Shown: positions 51,051 to 63,997 of the stretch, one piece after another
How positions within the stretch are numbered: the stretch's first letter is position 1
How the letters are laid out: each line of letters starts with the position of its first letter
Source: Amphiscolops sp. MND2022
Lineage: Eukaryota
NCBI GenBank assembly: GCA_964187785.1
Contig: OZ076409.1
Coordinates: forward strand, 25,546,001-25,610,000
Length of the DNA: 64,000 bases
Direction of reading: 5' to 3'
Notes under the pieces: generated by a model
What the model was told of the DNA's origin: nothing
Database searches by the model: none
The model's input: only the letters and a program-made list of their open reading frames with translations
Made by a program: the position numbers and the translations under genes

Positions 51051-52305
51051 ATCGGGCTGAAAATCGGTGAAGGTAGAACCGTAATATTGGAGAATCTGAT
51101 AAAATCGCCAAGTTGGATAAACAGATGTTAAATAACAGCTCTCGAGCATATTAATTTATCACATCGAAAAATACAACAAGAAATCAAGAGTTCAGAGTCA
51201 TTTGATGGAAATTGACCTCAGCTTCCCAGCGCTAGCGCCAGTTGCCACACAGGATACCGCAGGAACACTCAGGCGAACATCTGGAACACTGGTTTTCTCT
51301 ACTGTAGTAACGGTAATCTCCTAGAGATGGACACTATACCGTGTTCTGTATACGCTGGGGACGTCTCTCTAGTCGTCTCCGGTGCTTGTTCGTCACGAGC
51401 GGCAATTTCTGATTTTTTGGGGTGCTTTTTCTGGCAGGTACTTCGTCTTGAGCATGTTTGAGTGCCACGTCAAATTTGAACGAATTTTTGACAAAATTTC
51501 TGAACATGTCGGTTGATATTGCTGTACCAGAGCTTGCCGTTACATCACTCCTCGGGCTCCTGGCTTGTCGTCCCTGGCAAGCGGCGTCTGGGCTCGTCTG
51601 GAGACTGTGTCACGGTGTCCGCTGGGAACCATCATCCACACATCAGGGAACAAGGACAAGTCCTTGTTTTTCGGCAACAATTTTGGAAAGTTTTCGCGGT
51701 TTTTCTCAAAGAAAAGCTTACTGCCTAGTTATTTTTACAAAAACGCGAACGAGGTTTTAGCACCAGCTCGAGAGCTAAGGTTTTCAGCCGGTTAAAACTC
51801 GTTTGGACAACCGATTTTCGTTAAAACTTTTTTGCGACCAAAGTCAGCTAAAATTTCTTTTCCTAATCATTCGGCATTTGTAATCTTCAATTCGTTTCTG
51901 GCGATTTAAAACCTCTTTTTTTAGAGCTCGCGGGCTCCTACAGTAAGCAACCAAATTGATAGAGAACACTAGACGAGAAAGAAAAATGCAACCAAGAGGG
52001 CTAAAACTTCTTTTGATTATGATAACTCAAAAACACCGCGAACGGTGCGCAACAAAACTAGCAGTTTTTTGAATAATAGTTTTTCTTTTGTTTCTGCTTG
52101 GTAGTTCAAACCACTGGGGCAGACGCACTCTATTGGCCGTACATCCAGTGCAACACTAATGGTACGCTAATCATATAACTATAACTACGAACAAAAATTG
52201 CACTTCGTATTGTAGCACCGTTTTGGATGAAAAGTTCTAAGGCACTGTTTGTCGGCAGTTTTTCGGATGTACAGGGAGCGCGAACGCTCCCGTTGGCGAC
52301 TGGGT

Positions 52306-55300
52306 TCATTGAGCCGAACTGCGTCGGGCCCGCTCTTTAGTGGTATCATCGGGGGTCTTCTCTGCATTATCAGTCGACACTGACGCTCGACGTCGGGGAG
52401 AGACTTCTGTGGCAACCGTCTCAGGGTCTGACAGATCTTCACGGAGCGATAACTCGGCAATGGGCTGCACTAATGCTGCATTGGGAGTCAACTCAGCTGC
52501 GTGCTCTCCTGACTGCGGCTGGGAGGACTGAGGACTAGTTCGTGACGATGACGGGCTAACTGGTTCTGGCTCCAAGTTGTGAGTTGGAAGATTAATGGTG
52601 ATCGGTTGTGAAATAGGCCGATCCAAAGACATCGCCATCGTTGGCGCGAGCATGGTAGGCGCGAACGCCTGTTGTCTCGCCATTTCCGCTCTGCTTTCCA
52701 CGGCTAATGCGACTCGTCGTGAGATCCACCCAGGTTGGCTCCAGAGCTCGCAAGCTCTTTTCCACTTAGGAAAGCTAGCAACTTCCAACTCCAGACAATA
52801 CTCCTCCCATTTCGCTCGTTCTGCCGAGCCCAACACAGAATTAATCTCGTCATGCTGAACGATGGACATATCTCCAGACATGGTCATTTTTCCTTGGGGC
52901 TTCCACGCCGACTTCCGGGGGAACGCAGTAACACGGCATTGGAGGTTTCGTTGCCTGATCTGAGCAGCGCCTTCAATCCACCCAGGTATCTGGGCTGGTT
53001 CCAGGTGCTGGAATTGCCGGTTGAAAATTTCAGGGGCGCGTCCAACGGGTTTCGCCCTTGGCCAACCCAGTGGTTCCTTCCAATATCGGTTTGGGAAGGC
53101 GATGCACTTGAAACAGTACATGGGGTCTATTGGTGGACCAGCACTAGTGCTGGCGCGGATCGCCTTCCGTATGAATTCCTGACTCCACGGGAATCTGAAG
53201 GGGACTCCTTCCAAACTGAGAGGTGCGGAGTACCAATTCACCGGGCAATGTTCTCGGGGTAGAGGACATGCTTTCCTGGTGCGCGCGCGCAACAAGCCCA
53301 TCAGGTTCTCCTCTAGCTCCCTTTCAGACTTTAGGGTCTTGTATCCATGCGGCACTTCACCACTCAGCACAACATGTATTACTCTTGGATACGCCAGTGA
53401 GGGACGACCTCGCAGGTAAGTGCTAAATGAGACCATGTGTACTTGGACCGCGGTTGCTAAAGGCTTGGTGGGATATCGGCACACGCCCACAGCGCCAAAG
53501 TTAGGGGCCAGGACGGGAGCCATGGCTGCCACAAAATCTTCTACATCAGCTAGGGTGAGATCAGCGATCTGCTGCGGCAAGGGGAATCCTGCCGTTTCTC
53601 GTGGGATTTGTTGGTCTGAGTTGTGTAACGGCTGGGACTGGTCCACGCCCACGAATAGACCAGAGGCAAACACCAGGGTGGAATATAACCAGTGCTGAAC
53701 CGACGCACGCATGCGCTCCAACTGGGCGGAATAATCTTGTTTGTCCTTTGAGGTCATTAGGTGTCCCCAACAGGTCAGACTGCGCAGTTGCCTTTGTGCT
53801 AGGATCAAGTAACTGTAGAATACGGTGAGATCACAGGCAATCACGATGTCAACTAATAGGGCTAGTGGTCCGGCTACGAACTTCGTTTTACCCATCGCTA
53901 GCGCGAGCGCTAGTATTTCTCCGATAGTGGCCTCTCAAATGGTTTCTAGTAGCTTGTCTGTTTGCGTGGTAGTAAGCGAAAACTCGGAAGTTATCACCTC
54001 AAGGTTCCATCCCAGACCAAGACTGGTGCAGAAGGCTTCTAGTGAACAGTTGAGCTCTCGAGCTACTTCCGCTAGAGTCCTGGTGGCGAATCTGGTTTGG
54101 TACCAGTGGGCATAAGTGGTAGCAGCGGCGTCGACTTCGGCTTTCAGATTGGTTGCTTCAATTGCCACGATGCACCGCAGTCCTACGGACAGCTTCACAG
54201 GCTCGATTCCTGAGGCGAAGTGGATCTGTGGAATCGTCCTCTCAACGGTACGCGCTGCAGGCCATGCACCGATTTGTTTCGTCAGCTCGGCTAGTTCCGC
54301 GCGCACTGGGATTTCTTTGTCCTTACGTACCAGCCAATTTTAACGACGAACAGTCTCTCGTTCGGTCACATTTGACTCACGGGCGATGCGGTTGCCGTCG
54401 AGGTCGAAGGCCATCCTGCCCATTCGCATTCCATGATCGTAGAAAATAGCGTCGTCGATAGTTAACTGGGCATTTCCCGAGCGTTCTATAGCGACGAGCG
54501 CTCTAGATACAGCGGCGAAGAAGGCTGGATATGACAAGGTGTCTGGGCGCAGGTCCTCTCTGCGCGCTTTGCAGACCTCCAGCAGAATGTAGACAAACTG
54601 CTGCAGGCTTCGTGGCCAGTACATTAATCCTGGCGGGGATACAAAGAGCGCGAGCGCTCCCAAGCGACCCCGAAGGATCCCTGCGGCACGTTCCATTGCG
54701 CCAACAACCTCATTCACTAAGGCTGCAATGTCTCCAGGTCGTCGAACGTCGGACATTATGGCGTCTAGATCACGCAGCAACCCTTCGCAAGCCATGTGAT
54801 CCAGAAGGTTGGCGAAGATCACGCGCTGTGGGGGTGGCTCCTTCTGTGATCCCCTTAGATTTGGATCGTACATGGCTCCAACCATCTCAGCGATCTCAGT
54901 GAAGCGGGAAAGGGGCATAGTCAGTACCAGCACGTCGGGCATCAAGTTGTCAATAGGCAGATCACTCCGGCAGGAAGAATCGACTGCCATACAGTAGCGC
55001 GCGCTGCAAAGCTGCCTTCAATAGGGGCTTCAGAGATCTCAAGTTGCAGGCGTAGCGGGCGTTCGCTTCCCAGGTCTCACTTCTCGCAACACGTACCGCG
55101 CGGGAAACTGCTCGGTGATATTATGTTGCAGGGGTGCCATGTAGTTGTTAGTCGTCATGGGCAGCTGGTCTCGGGTACGCTGTTCCCAAGCCTGCTCCGA
55201 CAAATCTGCGTCACGGGGCGCAGCAAACGTGTGACCTGCGCTGGTATCGTGGTTCGATTAATTTCTTTTTGCTCCGTCGCAGTGGGAGGGGCCCTTTTCT

Positions 55301-56570
55301 TTATGGCACCTTGACTGGGGTAAAGGTGCTCAGCGGCCATCCAACTCGACGGCGTTTGCTGTCGTTTGTGACTACTGAACCGGACACGTCATCAGAGGGA
55401 GGGAGGAATGCTGGCGGGCGGGCCTCCTCTACTGTTTCAGGTACCTCCAGGGACATATCTACTGGATTCGTGCCCGAGGGCACAGAGCTCACTTCCGAGC
55501 CTGCATCCGGATCTCCATACTGCTCGATTGCATCCTCTAGAGACATTTGAGGCGCACCTCGGCCTAGATGACCCACTCGATTTAGAGGCCTAGGAATGAC
55601 CACACTTTCCAGCTGGGGTCGAGGTACATCAGCGCGTTTGTCAGGAGGGGGACGACTGGTTGGACTCTCGGTTACTGAGCCAGCTGGGGTGATCGAGGCA
55701 GTTTCTTCGGTTAGTCGCATCCTCCCGGCTTCTTCTCGAGCGCCAGAGCAGTGCTTGCGCTATTGCTTGGTCCAGCAGCAATTTCTACATCCATGGATGC
55801 TGTCTCGACTAGAGGAGCAGGAGGATCACAGCCCGAGGGCTGAGCGGCGGCTTGGAGATAAGTGGCTAGTCCAGGGATCCTCTGCTCTACAGCACGAACA
55901 AAATCGGAGGAGTTCGGGTAGTTGGCCACTGCTTGTAATGCCACAATTACGGCCTGTTCGCCAGTACTCCTTCCAGTCAGGTCTGGGTTTGGTATGGGTG
56001 GCAACCGGGACCCCGAGGGCTCCCGATCAGAGACTGGTGCACTAGTTGTAGTTTGCAATACCATGTGTGGCGCTCGGTGCGATGTCCGAGGGCAGGCGAA
56101 CCGGAATAGGTCGGCGTCATTGGTATTGGTTTTGGTGCTGGTGGAGGCAACGCGACCATCTGTGGTGGCGGTATTGTTGCGACGTTGGCAGACACCATAC
56201 ATAGGGAAGCTTCTTGCTCGAACCTCGTGCCCTGGCTTGGGCCAAGCATTGTGGTAGAGCGTTCATCTAGGAATTGATGCGTCAAGTCGTGGCCATCCCA
56301 TGCATTGTTCTGGCAGGTTAGCGTGCGACGGTAGCCAGCTACCTCTGTCACCAGAGACACAGATACACCTGGCAGCGTCTGCATCGTGTCTAGTTGAGTG
56401 AGCAGGGCGGCCACGCCCGCTACCGCTAACGGTGAAAGGCCGTTCCTCAATCGCTCCTCTACATATTGGACTTGATTAGTCCTCTGCGCTCGCGCAGGCA
56501 ATTCTTGAGACCTATTGCCATGAGGTCCCGTTGTGGGGATAGGCACCGTGTTGTTGGGGTAATAAGCCAT
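52306..56570 (-). pseudogene. Large accessory ORF of the Gypsy element (about 1,400 codons if repaired), function unknown
   Basis: ATG at 56570 after a ~250-bp AT-rich spacer, with overlapping ORF pieces. 54990-52306 is a single frame broken only by stops at 54340 and 53935. Confidence 0.7.
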
Positions 56571-56822
56571 TATTTCATAGGTCTAAAAGGATTACCGTTA
56601 GGCTTACTAGGTGCATTATGGGGAGAGCTTAAGGCTCATCATTCAGTTACAATGGTGCGAAAACGGCTCCATAAGGGAACCGCAACAAATTTAAATTGCA
56701 GTTCATCTAACTAACTAGAACAAAAAGGAATTGGTTTTTGAATAATACATTACAAGCATGGGCATGACAATTACCAAGGTGGGGAGATTAGGGAGGGGGC
56801 AACAGAAGAGAGCTTGGGCAGG

Positions 56823-59800
56823 CTATTCCGGCCCTATGCTCAGTATAGACACATACACGCGGTTGTGCAGCACCACGTGAATGCCAGTACCCTCAAGCAA
56901 GTTCGTTAGGGTATGGTACAGATTGACCAATGAGAATGCGGGTCGCTCTGGATCCAATATAGGTAGGTGGACCCTCGTAGATCCTTTTTCTATCAAACTC
57001 TGTATCAAGTGCGTCATACAACGTAGGTAATCGTCGGTGAGCAGCGGCGCACGCTGATTTGCTCTGATTATCAGTAGGTGAATACTGTGATTGGGGTTAG
57101 GATTAATATCAGAGGGAATGGTGAGGATTTCTCCCACCTTGGGCCGCAAGGAGAACACGTTCTCCTTGCCACATTCCCGTAGCACGTACCGTAGGGCGGC
57201 TGAGTACGCTAACACTATATCACCTTCAACCTGAAGAAAGTCAGTCACAACATATGAGAAGTGTTCTGTCGGGGCTGGATACAGGACTCCCGGGTAGATA
57301 ATTTCTCTCCCCGGCCCATTGTCGGCAGGCAAACATACGCGGGGCGTACGCCCCTGGACTGCAGCCAGGTCTTGCCACACCGAGCGTGGCATCGCTCGAT
57401 TATCACTGCTCGCTTTGACCCATGTGTCCAGGGTGCTTAAAGCGGCTTTTGGGGAAAGTGGAACTTCAAAAGTATGAGTCCACTCGTCCAGCAACCTAAT
57501 GCGAGGGAAATTGGTGAAGCAAGTGATAATCAGTTCCCACCACCACGCAAACTTCACTTTGCCACGATACCAGTCTATAATCTGAAAGGAAAGTATCAAG
57601 TCCGCAGTAGTGAGGGTCCTTAGACCTTCTAAGCAGGACAGCAAGTGCAGTGGTTCCACTATTGCCTCCACTCGTGGAGCAGTGACCAGCAACCACCAGT
57701 GCGGTGCTGGGCTGTACACCCCGCCCGGGTCCACATGAATTCCGTATTTGTCGCCGAGGAGATCAGCGGTGATGCATCTGACCATTTGCACAGGCTCCCG
57801 CTCAAAGTTGAATGGTCCGAACGCGATGTTGCTGGGTACTGGGGGCATCACCGTGGCAAGGGTAAACTCTAACCCTTTTCCGTCGCTAGTCCACTCCTTG
57901 AATCGGGGGCATGGAGCATTTGCTACTCCAGGTGATGATAACTTCTCCAGAATAGTGTCTACGGGATGGTCTCCGGATCGTTCCACGGAGGAATAAGTTT
58001 TCTCAGCTCTCACCGTCAGACGATGCACTAGATTTTCTCCCCGCTCCGGAGGAACTCCCCGGGCTCCAGTGGGAACCCTCCAGTTCTCGTTGACGGCTAG
58101 CAAGCAGACACAGTCTCGCAGCCCACAGAATCCGCATTTGTAACGTGGCTGCCGCCTGCTTCTCAACTGGTATCGAGGAACTTCAGAAGCCTCGGTCGGC
58201 ATTACTGTTTCTGATGGCATTGTTGTTGTTGTTGGCGTTTCCTTCTTCCTTGTTCTTGCCTTCGCTCTGACCAGCCGTTTTCGCGTTTTGGGGGGTCTCC
58301 CCCTCCCCCTTTTGAGAGAAGGAGCGGTCCCCGCTCCGGGCAACGTCGAGGGAAGAGTAGGCACGTTGAACTGAGCGTCGGCATCCTCACTGGCGGACTT
58401 CATAGGGAGTGAAGGAGCAGTCGGCCAAATGGGATAATTGTTGAGGAAACTCGTCAGTGATGGATTTGTCAATAATGGGGCTGATGTTCCCAATAAGGAG
58501 GACTGTTTTTCGGGAGAAGATATTCGTGGTGACGGAGAGCGCGCACGCTCATGGTCTGATAATAGTTGAGGTAGACGATGGGTAGGTGATAGTGATGGAT
58601 CTGAAGGGGGGTGGGGGACTTCGGGTTCCATTTGATCAGCATCAACGGGATCAGGAGGTACCGGCAACATGACGTCGGACGGTTCATCGTCAGTGCCCGA
58701 GGTAGAGTAGTCAAACTGCTGGTAGTGCATGCGGGAACCTCCAGCACGCAGCTTTGTGCGTAAGCGAGTATCCACCCAATGGTGCTTGCGCGAAGGCAAG
58801 GATACGTCAGATGCCTCTGAAAGCAATTGTTCAGTTTTATATGAAGGCTGAGATTTATCATCATCAACCACATCGATAGAATGTTCAGGGTCAGGGTCCA
58901 TGAGCACCACTATTTCGCCGCTGTCCGCTTGCGCGGCGGCGAGCTCAAAGGGCCCACTGTGATGAGGTTTCAGGCGCTCAAAATGAACCTTTGGGCCTGT
59001 GTCCAACACGTAGACACGTCCTTCTTGGAACACCTGGTCTACTTTGTGCGGGCCACGCCAGGCAGGCATCAGTTTGGGGGAGCCTTTTTGCGGCACATAG
59101 CGGCAAAAACCCAGACAAGCTCTCCTGGCTGGTAGGCCCGTGCTCGAATGGCACGATCAAATTTTAATTTTTGGCGTAGTTGGGCCTGGTGCGTATTGCG
59201 CCGGACCAAGTCGTGAATTTCCTGTTGGCGAGCCAACACATGATCCACGTATGCTTCATGCGTATCAAAGGATTTGGCTGCAAATTCAGGGTACAAAAAG
59301 GTGAGAGGGATCGCTTTCTCTACACCTCTAGTCAACATGTAGGGTGAGAAGCCAGTGGTGGCATGCCTGGTAGAGTTATAGGCACCAATTACTTCATCTA
59401 GGCATTGGTCCCAATCGCGCATGCGGCGCGAGCAAAAGACTCGCAATAAGGTTAAGAGGGTGCGGTTTTGTCGTTCCACCAAACCCTGAGATCGAGGATG
59501 CCCGACGGTGGAAGTCACTTTGGTGACGTGAGCTGCCTTCAGGAACTCGTTAGAGTTTCAGCGGTCAGGTTTGGAGCATTGTTGGATTGCATGCGAGTGG
59601 GAGTGCCAAGGCGGGCAAACCATTTCTGCAGCAGTAATTGTGATGTGGTCACTGCATCGTAGTCGTGGTGACTACAAGGGACCGCCTCTGCAAATTTGGA
59701 AAAATGGTCTACGATGACCAAAATGCCTATGTTGTTATTAACAGAGGGGCAGATTTTTAAGTGGTCATACTGGACCAACTCGTTAAAATAGCCACTCTGA

Positions 59801-62800
59801 ATGTTTTTTAGTTGAAATCGTACGTCACCGGGCTTGTCACGTACTTGTTGACAGGTGAGGCACTGGCCGACGTATCGACCGACACTGCGTCGTATGCCAG
59901 GCCAGGTGTGGCGCTCTTGAATTCGAGCTACCACCTTTGAGATGCCTTGATGTCCCATGGCATCGTGCGCACGGAACAGGATTTCATGCTGGTATAGTTG
60001 GGGCATTATGATCATGCACGGACGTTCGTGCAATGGGCGTTGGGTGGGTGAGTATTGCACACAAAGGACATCATTCTTGTTTATGAACAAGAGGTCCTTT
60101 TTCTGGCGAAAATAGTTACGTGCGAATTCTCGCACGTTCTCGGGAAACACGTCGTTATCTATGGACTCACATTGCACGAGCTTTTTTAGTGCTAGCACAT
60201 GGACATCGCGGTTTTGGGCTAGGACCAAATCCTTGATCCCATGTACGGTATGAGTGTATTCATGGAGCTCGGTGTCAATGTCCTTGAGGGCCATGATTGA
60301 CTCTCGCACGCCACAAGGGAAATTCTGCAACGTGGCGGTATTCGTTCCCGCCACAGAATAGTTAGTACGAGAGGGGACATTTACTGCATGTGTTGGCAGC
60401 AGGTAATCCTCGCTCGCCTCAGTGGTGACGCCTATCCAGTCTTTTGGATAGTCTGGGTAGAAGTCCTCGTGCGTTTGTAGCACGGATGGGGGCTCGGGCG
60501 GTAGAGGCGCGGCTAGCGCCTTCGCCTGTCGTTCTCGCTTATTCGCCCGTTGCACACGGCGAAGCACGCGAAGTGCTTGGTCAGGAGCCTTAGGCTCCAA
60601 GTTCTGCAGATGTGCTGGTAGATCAGGGTGATTTGGAATTATTCAGGTCGAACCAGGGAGCTACTGGGAGGTTGTCGAATTCCTCGGCTGAGAGGAAATT
60701 CCAACGCTCTCCTGCAGCTGGCAGCTGCGCAAGCTGCTTTTCTCGGCATCGATAGTCGTTAGTACGTTTACTCAAGCCATCAGCATTGCGGTGTTGAGTT
60801 CGCGGTCTGTGTTCCACACGAAAGTGATACTTGTCTAAGGTCATGATCCAACGACCAATCAATGCTTGGTCCGTAGAATAGGTCTTCAACCAGGACAGGG
60901 CTTGATTATCGACTCTCAGTGTGAACTTTCGGGGGCAAAGGTAGCTATGGTTTTTCACGATGAAGTAATAGGCTGCAAAGGTTTCTAGTTTGGGTGCCCC
61001 ATACTTGGCTTGGGTGGTGGTGAGTTTCTTGCTACCGTAGATGATCGGTCGCAGGCGTCGCTCTCCTGGAGCTCCTTGCCACTGATGTAGAATGCCGGAT
61101 ATGGCAACAGCGCTGGCATCGGTGTCCAGCACAAACTCTCCCTCGGAATCAGGCTGCGCGAGCGCAGTCGCCTCGATCAATGCCTTTTTGATCTCGTTAA
61201 AGGCTTTTTGTTGTTTGGGGCCCCATGCAAACGTGGCAATCAGTCCAGTGACGGCGTGCAGGGGCGCAACCAGCTCGGCATGCCACGGGATAAATTCATG
61301 ATAGTAATTGGCGAATCCCAAAAAACTCTGCATCTCTGTCTTGTTGCGAGGGATCTCCCAGTCGCGCAATTTGGCAACAGCCTTCGCGTCCGGCTTGACA
61401 CCTTCTGCAGAGACCACGCGTCCCAGATACTTGATTTCCGATTTCATGAAATCACATTTGGCTACGCGCATCTTAAAGCCAGCCTCGCGGAGGCATTCAA
61501 AGACTTCGCGCAAACGCGCCATGGGATCTTCTACAGTCTCCGTTGCTATTACTATGTCATCAATGTATGCCATGACCATACTGCCTTTGCGATTGACTAT
61601 TTTTGTAGCGCTCGCGCTATTGCTCGCTGGAAAGTGGCTGATGCATTGCACAAGCCGAATGGCATCCGCCGCCATTCGAAGAGTCCCAACTCACAGGCAA
61701 AAGCAGTCTTGTGGCGGTCCGCCTTTCGCAAGGGAATTTGCCAGAAGGCCCAGGCAAGATGTATGCTAGTGTAGATCTTTGCATTGCCCAGTCGCGCCAG
61801 GCTTTCATCAATGCGGCCAGGGGGTAGGCATCCTTAATGGTTACTTCGTTTAGCGGTCGGAAGTCACAGCAAAAGCGCAACTCCCCGCTCTTCTTTTTTA
61901 CCATTACGATACCACTTGCCCAAGGGGACAGTGAGGGTTGTATCATCCCCAAGGCCAGTAGGCTTCGAACCTCCTGGTTGGCTCGTTCAGCCTTTTCGGG
62001 GGACATTTTGCGAGCACCTTCACGGTGCGGTACAGCCCCAGGCTCTACCTCTATCGTGTGTTTAGCAATGGTACAGCGGCCGATGTCAGCCTTACGCTTC
62101 ATGAATAGGTCGTCGAACTCGTTAAGAATGTTGTCCAAGGACTCGCAGGCGCTAGCGCCCCAGAGCTTCTTAACCTCTTGCAATTGAGAATCTGGCCCAG
62201 GGATCGGGGCCAATAGGTCCGGGTCAGTGCGCTTACGAATCTCGCGCTCCGAAAGCCCCGCTTCACTTGGATCCGTCGAAGACAAAAACTCAAATTCAGA
62301 CGAAGAAGTCAACACAGAAACAGTAAATAGAATCATTTCACTGTACATTTTATAAACAAAATTTGCTCGACCGTTGTCGGCTTCAGTTTCATGGTCAGTT
62401 TTTGCAGTAGCGTCCAGATTTTGGGGCACAGCCTGATATACTAAGGACACAGGCACTACCGTGCCCAGGTGGGCACCACATCGTACACGCTGCTGGTTGC
62501 TGGTGAGGTTTATCAGACTCACGTACAATGTTCCTGTCTCACTGACAGTGGCCACGCTGTCCTCTAAAAAGATGGTATTTTGCAACAGGGGGTCAGACAA
62601 CGAGGCGTTAAGCGCCACAGTCTGAAAAATTAGTGGTTCAAGCGCGTCAGTGACGAGCTTAGCCTTTGCCACTGTACGCTCGAAAGGCTGTAGGACCAAA
62701 TCACTGTCCAGAGCAACGGGAGTAGTTAGCGAAGCGTCCCCTACCTGGGTGTGTGCATGATGCCAGACTGGTTTCACTGGCGCTCGCACCACTATCTTCA

Positions 62801-63215
62801 TGGAAGTTAGCTCCACCAGGTCTTGATAGGAACGGAGGAAGTTTCGACCCAACAGGAAGTCCTCCACACCCATTGCGTCATCTACCACGACAAAGTTGGT
62901 TTCGAGTTCATACCCTCCCAATTGGAAGCGAACTTGCTCAGCTAACCCGGAGGTCTTTATCGTCTTCCCATTGGCGGCGTACAAGTCAATTTGATAGGGT
63001 TTCAGGACCGCACCTGTCCGTGCAGCTATCCGATTAAAGGCGGAGAAGGTCAATATCGACACGCCTGAACCAGTATCTACCAAACCTCGCAGTGGGATAG
63101 GCGCCGCATGGGGCACCACAAAGGAGACAACAAGCGACGCACGCTCGTCTATTCGCGCTTCTCCAGTGGGTTCTTGGTGATTGATATTGTAGCACTTCAG
63201 CTCTTGAGGTCCCAA
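56823..63215 (-). pseudogene. pol (protease, RT, RNase H, integrase, ~700-aa C-terminal extension), split by several frameshifts
   Basis: LVDTGSG / LLGRNFL; SPWASGIVMV, RFCCDFRPLN, YIDD; DTDAS, VDNQAL, HRNADGLS; H..MGH..C..C, VDHFSK, GLVERQNR, YNSTRH.TTGFSP; WRGP...KVHFERLKP. Confidence 0.93.
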
Positions 63216-63997
63216 GCACAGGCGGGGGGGGGGAATACATCAACCACCACGCAGGCTTCGAACTTCACGTCTACGCCGTCCATCGTTGCACAGACTGGTA
63301 CTGGAGAGTACGTAGTCAAGGTTTCTGACTCTCCAGGGACGTACCACTGTTTTGGGCGGGGTAACTCCATCCGTTTGTAGAGGATTGATAGCTCAACCCA
63401 GAGTTTCGCCAAAAATAGCGTTGGTCTACGCACTTGCTCGGCGGCCAACATCAGATGAATCGAGATCAACGTTCGCCCCTGTGGATCGAACGTGGTAGGC
63501 TCCAGGCACGTTTGGACTTGTTTTGCTCCGCACGTAACTATCAGTGGGGTATGAAACGCTGGGGGTTCTGCCGGGTGCAACATTAACACACGGTCATCCT
63601 CTAGGGGTACGGTGTGGGCGGCAACACCAGCGGATTCCACCTCAGCCCATCGATTGTAGGCCAATTCATCACTAGGCCTTGGGGCATGAGAATGTTCGCC
63701 GCATGGGACATCCACGTGATCAAAGACTCCACAGTGCGTACACTGATGAATGCCTGGACAACTCTCCAACACGCCATCGGTCACGTCTTCAGCAGTGACC
63801 TTCACACCTTCTGGCTCGGGGGCTGCCGCTGGTTTGCGAACCTGGTCGCGGGTGGGACAGTCCCGAGCAAAATGCCCAGTTTGACCACAATTGAAGCATG
63901 CGCCAACAGGTAAGCGTGCTGCGGGCTGCGCTGATGCCTGATTTGGTGGGGCATTGCTCGCACGTGGGGGAGGCATTACTCCTTGAGGCAGCACCAT
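63197..63997 (-). pseudogene. gag C-terminus with CCHC zinc knuckle, followed by a degenerate protease-like region
   Basis: CFNCGQTGHFARDC; frameshift at a 10-G run (63224-63233). Confidence 0.8.

Noticed and set aside
52306..53895. env gene call for the 529-aa ORF
   Set aside because: It is the tail of a longer frame, with no signal peptide and no C-terminal TM anchor.
63221..63233. Programmed gag-pol frameshift at the G/C homopolymer
   Set aside because: It falls inside a protease-like domain in a copy with many other frameshifts; mutation or homopolymer error is simpler.
52340..63913. Numerous plus-strand ORFs of 60-190 aa
   Set aside because: Antisense shadows in GC-richer retroelement coding DNA with no motifs.
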